64,000 nt of DNA from Nitrosopumilus sp. (GTDB taxonomy: Archaea; Thermoproteota; Nitrososphaeria; Nitrososphaerales; Nitrosopumilaceae): the NCBI GenBank assembly GCA_965207445.1, contig CBDBLX010000002.1:800001-864000 (forward strand), in the 5' to 3' direction. Below the pieces are notes generated by a model. It worked only from the letters and a program-made list of their open reading frames with translations. It had not been told where the DNA came from and ran no database searches. Positions 11,571 to 22,205 of the stretch are shown here, piece after piece. Positions within the stretch are counted from its first letter, which is position 1; every line of letters starts with the position of its first letter. Both the position numbers and the translations under genes were made by a program.

Positions 11571-12902
11571 TTATCCTAATCCCATACGTTTGATGGCATC
11601 TCGCATGGCACGCCCTTTGGATGCTTTCATAACATTTTTTGACTTTGCGTATGTCTTCAAAAGCTCTTTTACTTCTGCGTCTTGTCTACCTGAACCTCTT
11701 GCAATTCTTTGTATTCGAGATGCATTTAATATGTCTGGATTTGCCTTTTCTTGCTTGTTCATACTCTGTAAGACATATCTCCATTTTTCTATATTATCTT
11801 CTAATTTGTCTACCTTGTTAAGCTGATCCTTATCTGCTCCTGAGAAAACCGGCAAATTCTCTAGCATACTGCGCATTGATCCTGCTTTTGAAAACTCTTC
11901 TAATTGATAAAAGTAATCCTCAATGTTCATCTTGCCTCCTACTATGCGCTTCATGCGTACATCATCGGACTCTTCTTCAATACGCTTGAAATGCTCCAAG
12001 ACTGCCTGCACATCACCTATTCCGAGCAATCTACCTACAAACCTTGATGATACAAATTTTTCCAAGTCATCTATACGTTCACCCGTTCCAATGTACATTA
12101 CATGTGCGCCTGTGGCTGCTGCTGCTGCAAGCGCACCTCCACCTTTAGCAGAACTGTCCAGTTTGGTTATTATAATGCCCCCTACTGGAATTGCCTTGTG
12201 AAATGACTCTGCTTGCCCGAGGCATTGTCTACCTATAGTTCCATCAATTACAAGCAACGATAGGTCAGGCGATGCGACGTTGCCTATACGTTGCATCTCT
12301 TGTAATAGTTCTTGCTCTTCTTTATGCCGTCCTGCCGTATCGATCAAAATAATGTCAAGTGGTTGGCGCTCATAGTACTTTAATCCATTTTCGACTACTG
12401 TTATGGCATCCTCATTTTTCTCCTCACCGTACACCTCAACTCCTGCCTTGTTACACATTGTGCGCAACTGTACAAGTGCACCAGGCCTGTATGTATCTGC
12501 ACCAATGACTCCTACCTTGTAGCCTTGTCTAGTTAACAGTCTTGATAATTTTGATGCAACTGTGGTCTTACCACTACCCTGAATACCAAGCAGCACTATT
12601 CTGTTCTGTTTTCCTGACTTGAACTCAAACTCAGATTCTCCTCCAAGTAGTTTTGACATCTCATCATGTAATATCTTTACAATGTGGTTTTTTCTAGAGA
12701 TTCCTGGTGGAAGATCTTCTGCTAGCGCACGCTCTTTGAGATTCTCTGTCACCTCTAGTATAAGTTTGATATTTACATCAGCTCTGATGAGTGCTTTTTG
12801 GACATCTTTTGCTAGTTCTTCTACTAGTTCTTTGTCTATGTTTGATGACTTTAACATCTTTTTTAACGCAGTGCCCAAACTGTCTTTTAAGCCCTCAAGC
12901 AT
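11571..12902 (-). CDS. srp54: Signal recognition particle protein SRP54
   Basis: GIQGSGKTT, DTAGRH, TKLDSSAKGGG; M-domain RIARGSG. Confidence 0.96.
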   Translation of the reverse strand: MLEGLKDSLGTALKKMLKSSNIDKELVEELAKDVQKALIRADVNIKLILEVTENLKERALAEDLPPGISRKNHIVKILHDEMSKLLGGESEFEFKSGKQNRIVLLGIQGSGKTTVASKLSRLLTRQGYKVGVIGADTYRPGALVQLRTMCNKAGVEVYGEEKNEDAITVVENGLKYYERQPLDIILIDTAGRHKEEQELLQEMQRIGNVASPDLSLLVIDGTIGRQCLGQAESFHKAIPVGGIIITKLDSSAKGGGALAAAAATGAHVMYIGTGERIDDLEKFVSSRFVGRLLGIGDVQAVLEHFKRIEEESDDVRMKRIVGGKMNIEDYFYQLEEFSKAGSMRSMLENLPVFSGADKDQLNKVDKLEDNIEKWRYVLQSMNKQEKANPDILNASRIQRIARGSGRQDAEVKELLKTYAKSKNVMKASKGRAMRDAIKRMGLG

Positions 12903-13671
12903 GACTATCTGATGTGGTTTCTAATATTTCAAACCTTCCCCTGTATCCATCCCATGTAATATTATAGTTGGATATGATAATCTGATGCTTGAATAGTGGA
13001 CAGTTTGTCACAAATGTCTCTGCTTCTCCACCTTCAAAATCAAGTGAAAACCCGTATTTCTTGGAGAGCTTGGCAAGAATATCAATTGACTTGTGTGTAA
13101 TACGGTGACCTAACCATGACTCGTCAAGTCCACCTGCTGATACTGATGTAATTATGACATCAAAACCATCATCAACAAGACTCGTCATGTGTGGTAATGA
13201 TGCCTTGCCCCAAAGCGGTTCAATCACTTTTAGTCCGATCTTTTTACACACTGATGCAAATCTTGATCTCTGAAATTCACTACGTATTGCACCATGCACA
13301 ACACCCTGTATCTTATATGTGGATTTTGCTGTCAATAGCAGCGACTCTAACACATCTAACTCATTTTGTGTATCGTCTGTGTATGAGATGCCTGTTAAAA
13401 GTGGCATATTGTGCATTAATTGTGCCTGTGTTCTGACCCATCGTATGTTTGGATTGTGCAAAAGCATGCTCTCATCTGAATATCCAAACAATGATACAAG
13501 ACATGATATTTCATGTTGACCATACTGGGGCTGCTGGGCAATATATGTGGCATATGTGCTATCCTTACCACCAGAAAATAGTGATGCGAGTCTTAATCCT
13601 TTTGTTGGTGATTTACAAATAGTTGGTTTTGATGTGTTGTTTGGTGCCTCATAACTCATAATCCTCATCAC
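12895..13671 (-). CDS. Diphthine--ammonia ligase-like PP-loop ATPase
   Basis: FSGGKDS, PLWGK, FEGGEAET motifs. Confidence 0.85.
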   Translation of the reverse strand: MMRIMSYEAPNNTSKPTICKSPTKGLRLASLFSGGKDSTYATYIAQQPQYGQHEISCLVSLFGYSDESMLLHNPNIRWVRTQAQLMHNMPLLTGISYTDDTQNELDVLESLLLTAKSTYKIQGVVHGAIRSEFQRSRFASVCKKIGLKVIEPLWGKASLPHMTSLVDDGFDVIITSVSAGGLDESWLGHRITHKSIDILAKLSKKYGFSLDFEGGEAETFVTNCPLFKHQIIISNYNITWDGYRGRFEILETTSDSHA

Positions 13672-13791
13672 ACCTCAGAAGGCTTTTCCGATCCCATCAT
13701 CGGCACCTTGTTGTAATGTGTGAGATGGTAGTTATTATCTTTGTTTTGCACACTCGAATCATTTTTAATACTGCTTCATAAATTCAGATTA

Positions 13792-14319
13792 ATGAAGATA
13801 TCTACTACAGTCAAAAAGCAACTCGACGATCAGATTATACTAGAAGCTAACGCTTCACAGACGTACTTGGCAATGGCATCGTGGCTGGAGATGAAAGGTT
13901 ATCAGGGAGCGGCATCATACTTTTATGCCCAATCTGATGAGGAACGAGTCCACATGCTCAAAATTGTAAAATATATGAATATAATTGGAGTAGGTGCAAC
14001 CATACCTGGTACAAGCAAGCCTAGTACTACCTCTTTCAAGTCCCTCGAGGGAATTTTAAAGACATCTCTAAAAAACGAACAACAAGTAACAAAAGCAATT
14101 CACAAAATTGTTCAAACTACACAAAAAGAAGGTGACTATTCAACATTTGACTTTTTGGGATGGTTTATCAAAGAACAGATACATGAGGAAGCTCAATTTG
14201 AAGATATATTGCAAAAGTTCGATACTATTGGACGTGACGGTATTGCAATAAATGAGATCGACAAGATTCTTGGTGCAAGAGAAGACACATCAAAATCACA
14301 AAACTCAACTGATCAATAA
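13792..14319 (+). CDS. Ferritin
   Basis: E..AS..YLAMASW, QSDEERVH, EQQVT, FLGWFIKEQIHEE. Confidence 0.92.
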   Translation: MKISTTVKKQLDDQIILEANASQTYLAMASWLEMKGYQGAASYFYAQSDEERVHMLKIVKYMNIIGVGATIPGTSKPSTTSFKSLEGILKTSLKNEQQVTKAIHKIVQTTQKEGDYSTFDFLGWFIKEQIHEEAQFEDILQKFDTIGRDGIAINEIDKILGAREDTSKSQNSTDQ

Positions 14320-14749
14320 ATAATACTCTTTATTTTTTTATATGTATATTTAGAATCTTTATTTTATTGTATTATTATATGATGAGTTATTTTGTTCTTT
14401 TTCTAGACCTGTCATGTTCATTACCTATGTGTCGCGCTAATGATATGACATCGGAGCCAAAGTCTATACCGCAAAATTGACATTTGAATTTGTATGCCAT
14501 GTTATTGCTTGTTTTGTTTTGTGTTGATGATGATACTTTGTTTGACATGTGATATTATTATGTGATGTAATGATATTAAAAGATGTTTAATTATTTTATA
14601 TGTGTGTATATTTGGAGTTTTATTATTTGTGATGATAATTTGCATGTGTACTAATTTACATGCCTACTAATTTGTCTGCGTGTTATCATATGTGTCAAGC
14701 ATCAAAATATGTTTGCAAACTTTTTAAGATCATTGTGTTGTGTTTTACT

Positions 14750-15763
14750 ATGGGAAACATGCGTATTGATTGGATATCAGGACGCATTACAATTATTCGC
14801 AAAGACGACGATCATAACAAAGGCGCCAACTCTTCGTATGCACCTGGAAACGAAGAACAAACAAATCCATCTGTATTGTCTTTGATAGTTAAAGATGGGA
14901 TTTTGCAAAGATGGCGAGATCTTGACGAACATATAGTAAAGAATTGGTCAATACGTGTCTTTGAGTCCAAGAATCCTCTTGTGAATATTTCTCAAAATGA
15001 TGTGTGTGGCAAGGCGCCTTTTGAGAGCAGGCCTGCACATGGTCATCACTATATACTTGTACCTACATCTGATTACAAACAAACATTTGCAACTATGGAC
15101 GTTGAGCAGTGGTGGTGTACACTTGTAGTAATGCAAGATCATCTTAAATGGCTTTATACACAAAAAGGTGTCTCATATGTAGCAATATATGCAGATCATG
15201 ATGGCACATCAAGTGACGATTCGAAGATTCATCCCCATCTAAACATGTTAACATTTGATATGCTACCACCTACAATCGCGCAAGAGATAAAAGAACATAA
15301 TAACAGTCAAGAAAAACAGGGCGTATGTCCAATATGTCTTATTATAGAGTCAGATAAGAGTAGACGTATACTTCAAACTGAGAACTTTATTGCATTCTGC
15401 CCGTGGTCATCATCATATCCATTAGAATTTTGCATTGCACCAAAGAAACATTTTACAAGCTTTGCAAAGACATCGCAAAAAGATTTACGTGACTTGGCCC
15501 TAATAATACGTGCTATGCTTGGTGGATTGACAAATTTGATAAATGATGTATCGTATAGTGTGGCATTTCATCTCTCTGCAGAACAGAGGCGCAGTTATCA
15601 AATGCATTGGCATATTGAGGTATATCCTGCAACAAAAAAGCATAGTGGTGTTGAGAGAGGTTTTGGGATTCATGTAAATGATGTGTCATCTGAAGATGCT
15701 GCAAAGAAACTTGCTGTAGTGTGTAAAAAAGAATTGGTAAATATTGTTGGTTTACATAATTAG
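14750..15763 (+). CDS. Galactose-1-phosphate uridylyltransferase-like (GalT/HIT) protein
   Basis: HPHLN, CPIC and HWHIEVYP motifs; TATA-like box ~25 bp upstream. Confidence 0.8.
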   Translation: MGNMRIDWISGRITIIRKDDDHNKGANSSYAPGNEEQTNPSVLSLIVKDGILQRWRDLDEHIVKNWSIRVFESKNPLVNISQNDVCGKAPFESRPAHGHHYILVPTSDYKQTFATMDVEQWWCTLVVMQDHLKWLYTQKGVSYVAIYADHDGTSSDDSKIHPHLNMLTFDMLPPTIAQEIKEHNNSQEKQGVCPICLIIESDKSRRILQTENFIAFCPWSSSYPLEFCIAPKKHFTSFAKTSQKDLRDLALIIRAMLGGLTNLINDVSYSVAFHLSAEQRRSYQMHWHIEVYPATKKHSGVERGFGIHVNDVSSEDAAKKLAVVCKKELVNIVGLHN

Positions 15764-15902
15764 ATTTTTTTATGTGTGTACGTTTGAATCATAGTGTGAC
15801 TAGTTTTATCTTACGATTTATTGTGTTTCTTGTTTTGCATGCCTTTTGATGTTTGTATCTAAACTATGAATGATTTATTTGTCAACTTGATACAATCATT
15901 TT

Positions 15903-16343
15903 ATGGCACTTGAAAAATGGCTAGGAATAGCCAGTCTTGCATTATTTGTAATGTTCTCTGGACTAATGATAAGTGTGTATTCGTTTCTAAGTGATGTTCC
16001 TGATGACTTTGATTATGCATTATCATTTGAACCTGACCCAAAGATTCTTCAGTTCATATCAATTAGCGCAGCACCCGGCGGAGTCATGGGTGCCGTATCA
16101 TTTATCATGTCCAAATATTATGGATCACGGCAAGTTGGTATCTTACTTGTTGGAGGTGGTATTGCCGTTCTTTTGGGCATGAGTATCTGTTACATGTTGC
16201 TTGAACGCATAGATGATGTATATCTTACAGATGCAGTTTTGATGTCTCCTTTTGTGTTTATGGCACTATCATCTCTGATAATGGCGTTTGGTGTAAAGTT
16301 GATCAAAACTAAAAGAAAACGACCGAAAAAAGAGTTCTTTTAA
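15903..16343 (+). CDS. Membrane protein (4 TM)
   Basis: Four hydrophobic segments and a basic C-terminus. Confidence 0.75.
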   Translation: MALEKWLGIASLALFVMFSGLMISVYSFLSDVPDDFDYALSFEPDPKILQFISISAAPGGVMGAVSFIMSKYYGSRQVGILLVGGGIAVLLGMSICYMLLERIDDVYLTDAVLMSPFVFMALSSLIMAFGVKLIKTKRKRPKKEFF

Positions 16344-16789
16344 TGTTTTACATGATCATAACGCATGCCACTTGTTGTATGTTTGAATCCAATCTCTGTA
16401 TAATAGTCAACTAGATCATCTTTACAATCAAGTATTGTCTTGTAACATCCGCGATCATATGCGTCATCAAGCAGATACTTTAGAATCTTTTTACCAATAC
16501 CTCTCCTGTGATAGTCATCTCGTACCGCTACATCTTCAATATGACCTACTATGCTACCGTTGTGAATAAATTTTATCTCATATATTATAGTGGCAGTGCC
16601 AACTATCTTGCCGTTTATCTCTGCTATTGCAACTAGTCTGTTGTTATCTGATATCATGTTTTTACATATCGTGTCTGCTTTTTCATCAGATATGTTGCTT
16701 GTAGGACTCAATGCATCAAGTGTCTCTAACAATCCTTTGTGTATGTCATCTATGTGCAATGGTCTTATTGTAATGTTTTGCAAGATCAT
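16340..16789 (-). CDS. GNAT acetyltransferase, glucosamine-6-phosphate N-acetyltransferase-like
   Basis: KFIH, GHIEDVAV, RRGIGK, GCYKTILDC. Confidence 0.85.
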   Translation of the reverse strand: MILQNITIRPLHIDDIHKGLLETLDALSPTSNISDEKADTICKNMISDNNRLVAIAEINGKIVGTATIIYEIKFIHNGSIVGHIEDVAVRDDYHRRGIGKKILKYLLDDAYDRGCYKTILDCKDDLVDYYTEIGFKHTTSGMRYDHVKH

Positions 16790-16813
16790 AATTTACCCCA
16801 CTGAACAAAAATA

Positions 16814-17518
16814 CTAGATCTTGCCTAGCCGTCTTATGTACTCTTGTTGTGCATTCTCATAGGACTCTTTATCTCCAATGTCTATAAAGCCATTTTTTGA
16901 TATAAAACTATTCACAAGTTCTTTTTTCTGTGACAGTATGCGCTTGATGAGTATGTCCATTCCATATGGTTTGTTATCTGGAATCATCTTGATTGTTTTA
17001 TATTCCATGACATAGCAGCCCATGTTTACACTTGCTATCATCTCGGGCTTTTCTCTCCAGTCAGTCACTCTTCCTGTTTTTGTAGTTTCAATGACACCGT
17101 AGGGGAGATGTGTTTTGTATGTGTTTAAACTCATAGTAACTAACGCTTTGGTTTTTTGATGTTGCTTTATCATTTTTTCAAGTGAAAAATCATATATCGC
17201 ATCGCCATACATGCATACAAAAGTTCCGTCTATCATATTTTTTGCAGTCTTGAGCTGACCTGCTGTTGCCAGAGGCCTCGTTGATTCTGCATACTCTATA
17301 TTCATGTCAAACCTCTTACCACTCTCAAAATAATCTTTTATGGTTTTTTTCAAGTAACTTACGCATATTACCACAGAATCTATTCCGTTGTTTTTAATCC
17401 AGTCTATCAAATGCTCTAGTATCGGTTTTTCTCCTAATGGAAGCATGGGTTTTGGAAGAAATGTTGTGTATGGCTGTAGACGTGTGCCGAGTCCACCTGC
17501 AAGTATGACTGCTTTCAT
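16814..17518 (-). CDS. Sugar-phosphate nucleotidyltransferase
   Basis: AVILAGGLGTRLQPYT..PKPMLP. Confidence 0.9.
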   Translation of the reverse strand: MKAVILAGGLGTRLQPYTTFLPKPMLPLGEKPILEHLIDWIKNNGIDSVVICVSYLKKTIKDYFESGKRFDMNIEYAESTRPLATAGQLKTAKNMIDGTFVCMYGDAIYDFSLEKMIKQHQKTKALVTMSLNTYKTHLPYGVIETTKTGRVTDWREKPEMIASVNMGCYVMEYKTIKMIPDNKPYGMDILIKRILSQKKELVNSFISKNGFIDIGDKESYENAQQEYIRRLGKI

Positions 17519-17790
17519 GGTGAATGTCTCTGTGGGAGTTATTTAGAAGTTGGCGTTTGTGTGCAAATTTATGTTTTAAATGTCTTTATACTTTTTTATG
17601 TCATTGATAATGAAGACTGATACGTGATTGATTTTCACAAGTGTTGATTTATTATTTCACAAATGCCCCTGAATAATTTACAACCATTCGTGTCAATGAT
17701 GGGTTTAATTTTACATCTGTTTGGTTTGTGGTGATGATGGTGTGATGTGGTGATGATGACAGTGGCATAATTTATGATTATATATTTACA

Positions 17791-19224
17791 TTACTTTGTG
17801 TATTTTGTTAGTATTTTTTTAATTTTTGATACAACTTTATTTGGTGTTGTACCGAAAACTATGATCATTGGCTCTTTTCCATAGTCTCCATTATGACATA
17901 TTGCATCTGGGGACACTTTGAGATCTTTGATTGCATCTGTGACCCCCCATTGGATTGATGATTTTTGTTCTCCAAACTTTATCTCTTTTGGCTCTTTTCT
18001 TCGATCATAGTATACTGCTTTCATATTAGAATTGTTTATGGCATTTATCATCTCTTGTGAGTATTTTATATTGACAGCAGATTTTATGTGTGGGAATTTT
18101 TGACACATTGCCATTAATGCTGTTGCCACGTGTTTAGAGCCGCCGTATGTAATGTCACCTGCAATCGTAACTGTATTTCCTGTCCGAACTATTCTTCCTT
18201 TTATTCCTAGTATCTCTTTTGTGTTGTGGGGACTTGAATATTCAGAGTACACAAAGTTGGTCTGACACTCTGGTATGCATTTGTGCACGTATTTGATCTG
18301 ACAAAACGCATCTATTGCATGTACTAGTTTTTGTTTTGAATTATTTGTGGCATATTCTGTATCTGCGCTAACTATATGAACTCCTGTGCCTATTTTTAAT
18401 GAATTTTGTATGTGCTGTGTAATAAATTTCTGAGCTGCTTTTGCTGCTTTGAGTATTGGCTTTCCATTTGCCATTTCACACAAGAGAATTGCTGAATGTG
18501 CGCATCCACTACCGTGTGTATCACCATGTATTGTTAAATAATTATCTAACAAATATGTCCGAATGCCCCTGTTTTTATCATATTTTATAACCATATCAGT
18601 TATGGTGTTGGGTTTGCAGCCTGGAATACCTGTAATTATTGCAGATTTGACTCTTAGTTTTTGTATCATATGTGATGCCATTTTTTTATAATCAGAGATG
18701 TACTCTGATTCTGTTGTATTTGCTAGTATGTGCGCCTCTTGTTTGTTTGGGGTTATGACAGTTGCAAGTGGAACCATATATTTGATAAAATCTTTTAGAG
18801 CTGATTCTTTGAGCAATACACCACCTGTAGTCGAGTAAATTACGGGATCAACTACAATTGGTACGTTGTGCACAAGTGGCAATATCTTTTTTGATATGAT
18901 CTTGATTGCATCTGATTCGTATACCATTCCAATCTTTATTCCAGATATCTTAAAGTCTGATAGTATTGCATCTAGTTGTGCTTTTAGGATGTTTGTTGAG
19001 ACTGGTTCTGCATCTGTAAATTTGACTGTATTTTGGGCAGTCAGCGCAGTCGTGACTGTAAGTGCATATGCATTGTATGATGAGAATGTCTTTACGTCTG
19101 CTTGGATTCCTGCACCTGATGATGGGTCAGAGCCTCCAATGGATAATAGATTTAACATATTTGCATTATTGTTGTGGTGATTATTATAAGCTGTATGCGA
19201 TGGGTTTGTAACAGTTAAACCCAT
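17791..19224 (-). CDS. thiD: Hydroxymethylpyrimidine/phosphomethylpyrimidine kinase fused to ThiN thiamine-phosphate synthase
   Basis: SIGGSDPSSGAGIQAD, TPN..EA, THGSGC; C-terminal IPECQTN, GGSKHVA, GKEPMI. Confidence 0.9.
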   Translation of the reverse strand: MGLTVTNPSHTAYNNHHNNNANMLNLLSIGGSDPSSGAGIQADVKTFSSYNAYALTVTTALTAQNTVKFTDAEPVSTNILKAQLDAILSDFKISGIKIGMVYESDAIKIISKKILPLVHNVPIVVDPVIYSTTGGVLLKESALKDFIKYMVPLATVITPNKQEAHILANTTESEYISDYKKMASHMIQKLRVKSAIITGIPGCKPNTITDMVIKYDKNRGIRTYLLDNYLTIHGDTHGSGCAHSAILLCEMANGKPILKAAKAAQKFITQHIQNSLKIGTGVHIVSADTEYATNNSKQKLVHAIDAFCQIKYVHKCIPECQTNFVYSEYSSPHNTKEILGIKGRIVRTGNTVTIAGDITYGGSKHVATALMAMCQKFPHIKSAVNIKYSQEMINAINNSNMKAVYYDRRKEPKEIKFGEQKSSIQWGVTDAIKDLKVSPDAICHNGDYGKEPMIIVFGTTPNKVVSKIKKILTKYTK

Positions 19225-19496
19225 ATTCTATAAGTATGCATACATATACAGCAATATCGATCATCGATCATTATTGTGATCAAATTTACGTAAATCTAAA
19301 TGATAAACACGACGATATGTGAGAAAGTGCTCAAAATGTTGAAAACACGTTTGATTATTTTTTGCATCTAGGCAGAAAATTACTCAAATAATTGACATGT
19401 GGTTGGCTTTTGTTATTGCGATATGTTAAGTTTTCTACTTATACTTGACACCAGACAATGATAAGTAGAAAACTTGATGATATTGTATTGCAAAAA

Positions 19497-21515
19497 GTAA
19501 CTATTTTGCTTTTTGAAGTGGACATTTAAATTTTTATGATTATATACTATGATAATTTTGGTTTAAAAAATTTGATCAAAAACTCTAATAATTTAATCTA
19601 GAGGGTATTAAATCAAAACGCTTCCATCTATCATTAAGTGCAAATAAAATGATAGACAGGAACGATATTAGATCATCGCAAAAATGTGATTTAAGCGATC
19701 AGTGTGACTGGAAATACGATAGTGTCAATTATTTGCAGGAGGAGAGAACATAGTTGTGCTGCACAGAACCTCGTGACAAAAACACACAACATGCAAAAAA
19801 ACCATGTCTCAAAAGTGATTGCGAGTGTTGCAAGTGGTGGTTGGAGAATACTGGAATTGACAAGATATTGCAAGAGTCATCGAATTCAAAGAAAAAAATA
19901 ACGTCCAATGGGGTGTCTGAGATGCTACAAGATGTCAACACGTTAAAGACACAAAATGAAGAATTGACCAAGGACAATAAAAAATATCAAAAGATCAACA
20001 AAGAACTAAGGGCCAAGAAAAACGGCATCAAGGCAGTCACTGCTAGTGATAAACCTGACAAAACGTCAGGTGAAAATAAACCAAGGGGCAGACCCAAGGG
20101 GCAAAAAGCTACCAAAAACAAGCGCCCCGTAGACATAACCAGAACAGAGGTGGTAGATGGCACTACATGCCCACAATGCAAAAACCCACTCTCATCGACC
20201 ATAACAGACGAGTATGACAGGGTGGTCCAAATTATCACAACAATCACAGAGTATGTCAAGTTTGATATCAAACGTCGCTGGTGTAGTAAATGCATAATAG
20301 TTTCATTAAAGATCCGATAGTTTTCTAATATTTTGTATTCATAATATGTGCTCAACTTCGAGATGAATATCAATCAAAATATCGGATCTTTAATCATATC
20401 AGTATGCAAAAAACAAATGCAGCAACCCATTTCAAATGTAAGGCCTCATGCACGCCGTTCAACTAATCATTCTGCAACCACAGTCACACTAAACATGAAA
20501 GGTCTATCACACGCAAAGACTGCAGAATTCAGCAAAGATGTCATGCAAGTTGAGATCTCCCCATCAGCGGCATATCGTGACAAGATATCACATGCCAAAG
20601 CACAAAAACCAAAACACGATGAGATTAAACAAAAAATTTTGAACAAAAGCGAGTTAGGCTGTGATGAGTTTGACTGGCCTGGGGCAAACAAAAAACGTGC
20701 GTGCGGTTTAATTGCGCTCGGAGACGACTGCTGTCTAATAGAGATAACTGACAACAAAACAATATCCACCCTCAAAAAATTCCTGCCAAAATACAATGGA
20801 CTAGTACGACATGACTCTAATCCATCATGGGGTCACATTGGAGTACAACATCAGATGTGTTTGTCACATCAGCTTCGACTGCCAAAAAAAGACATCCAAT
20901 ATGTGAATCCAAAAGGTGCAGTACTGCGATTTCTCAACACATTAGTTCAAATATTCAAACAATTCTTTAAAGCAGATGAAATAGACGATCCTCACACACG
21001 GCAAGTGGCCTCATATTGTTTGGACAGCCAACTGCGCCAACTAATGAACAATGATTGGACAAAGGAAAAAGACTGGGACGGTGACAAAGAGGGCATAATA
21101 AACAGATTCAAAAAGAGATGGAGACGTGAAGGATACCATATGAGCACCTTTTTACACATAAAGGGTATACCACCAGACAATAATGACGTTGAACGAACTA
21201 ATCGAGTATTTGTATCCATAAAAAATGATGGTGGTGGAAACAGAACGTCGCGTGGTATGGAGGCCAACTCAATATTATTCACACTGCTTGCAACAGGTAA
21301 GATCAGCGGCGAGAGCTTTTTTGATATGCTGTGCAAGGGATACGAACCTGGCTAAAACTACAGAATCATTAATGTCCATCTGCGTATTATAATCAACTAC
21401 GCGTTATCATTGCCAATTGATTATATATGAATATACAATGCCGAGATCATCATGATCGGAAAAATGCGCGTGATCATTTACCTTATATGTGCACTTCAAA
21501 AAGCAAAATAGTTAC
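19497..21515 (+). mobile_element. IS66-family element, copy 2, transposase interrupted by MITE-A
   Basis: Same 24-bp TIRs as the 7919..9828 copy; perfect 8-bp TSD TGCAAAAA; ORFs 19754..20320 and 20348..21355 in the same frame. Confidence 0.93.
20295..20404 (+). mobile_element. MITE-A (110 bp), copy 1
   Basis: Inner TIR ATTAAAGATCCGATA; TGCA duplication; absent from the other IS66 copy. Confidence 0.9.
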
Positions 21516-21640
21516 TGCAAAAACCGTATTTAGACTATATCAATTATAATAATGAAAATTTACATAATTGTATACAGTGTGCACTCAAACACAGTTGTGC
21601 AGGTAGCAAAATCATCAGAGGTGTGTTGTAATGATCTGAG

Positions 21641-21925
21641 ATGGCCACACTGCGCAAAGAAATTCATACATTGCACTTACAGTTGGATGCTACAAATGAT
21701 ACGATACGCAACACATCTGCTGAATTAGAGAAGATGCGTCTAGAGACGGCTACTGTGCTAGCAGAGAATGTTGTACTAGAAGAAAAATACCCCAAAATGT
21801 CTGCCAAATACAAGCAGCTTGGGGATACAATAAAGCAACAGCAACAGCAACAACAACAACAACAACACAAATGCAGTCAGGAATGCATAGTTTTGAAAGA
21901 ATGGCATGTACAACTAAAGCAATAA
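21641..21925 (+). pseudogene. Coiled-coil fragment with poly-Gln, probable transposase N-terminal remnant
   Basis: Coiled-coil-like sequence with a CAA/CAG tract, lying between IS66 and MITE-B. Confidence 0.35.
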
Positions 21926-21981
21926 CTCCAACAAAAAACCAGACAACATACCCGTGTTGATAATGCCCACATACCTCTCTC

Positions 21982-22064
21982 GTAACCGCTCAACCACCGT
22001 GCACCTGCTCTAGATGTTAGGCAATGAATCTGTGCCTAAATTTGGGAAGGGGTTGAACGGTTAC
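21982..22064. mobile_element. MITE-B copy 2
   Basis: GTAACCGCTCAACC...GGGGTTGAACGGTTAC. Confidence 0.8.
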
Positions 22065-22205
22065 TAATTGATGCTTACGTATGTATAATTATGGTATGTG
22101 TGTTATTTTATGAATGTGATGTGTGATAATTAGAATTTAACATTGTTTGGTCTTTATATTCACTAGTCCCTATTGTTTAAATCGGGCAACAATATACGCA
22201 ATGTA

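Noticed and set aside
19225..19496. TPP riboswitch between thiD and thiC
   Set aside because: No recognisable TPP aptamer consensus seen
20291..20408. MITE-A hairpin as a bulge-helix-bulge spliced intron
   Set aside because: The terminal internal loop does not form a canonical 3-4-3 motif
7919..21515. Inversion or composite transposon between the two inverted IS66 copies
   Set aside because: Copy 2 retains its own perfect TSD, so flanks were not exchanged with copy 1
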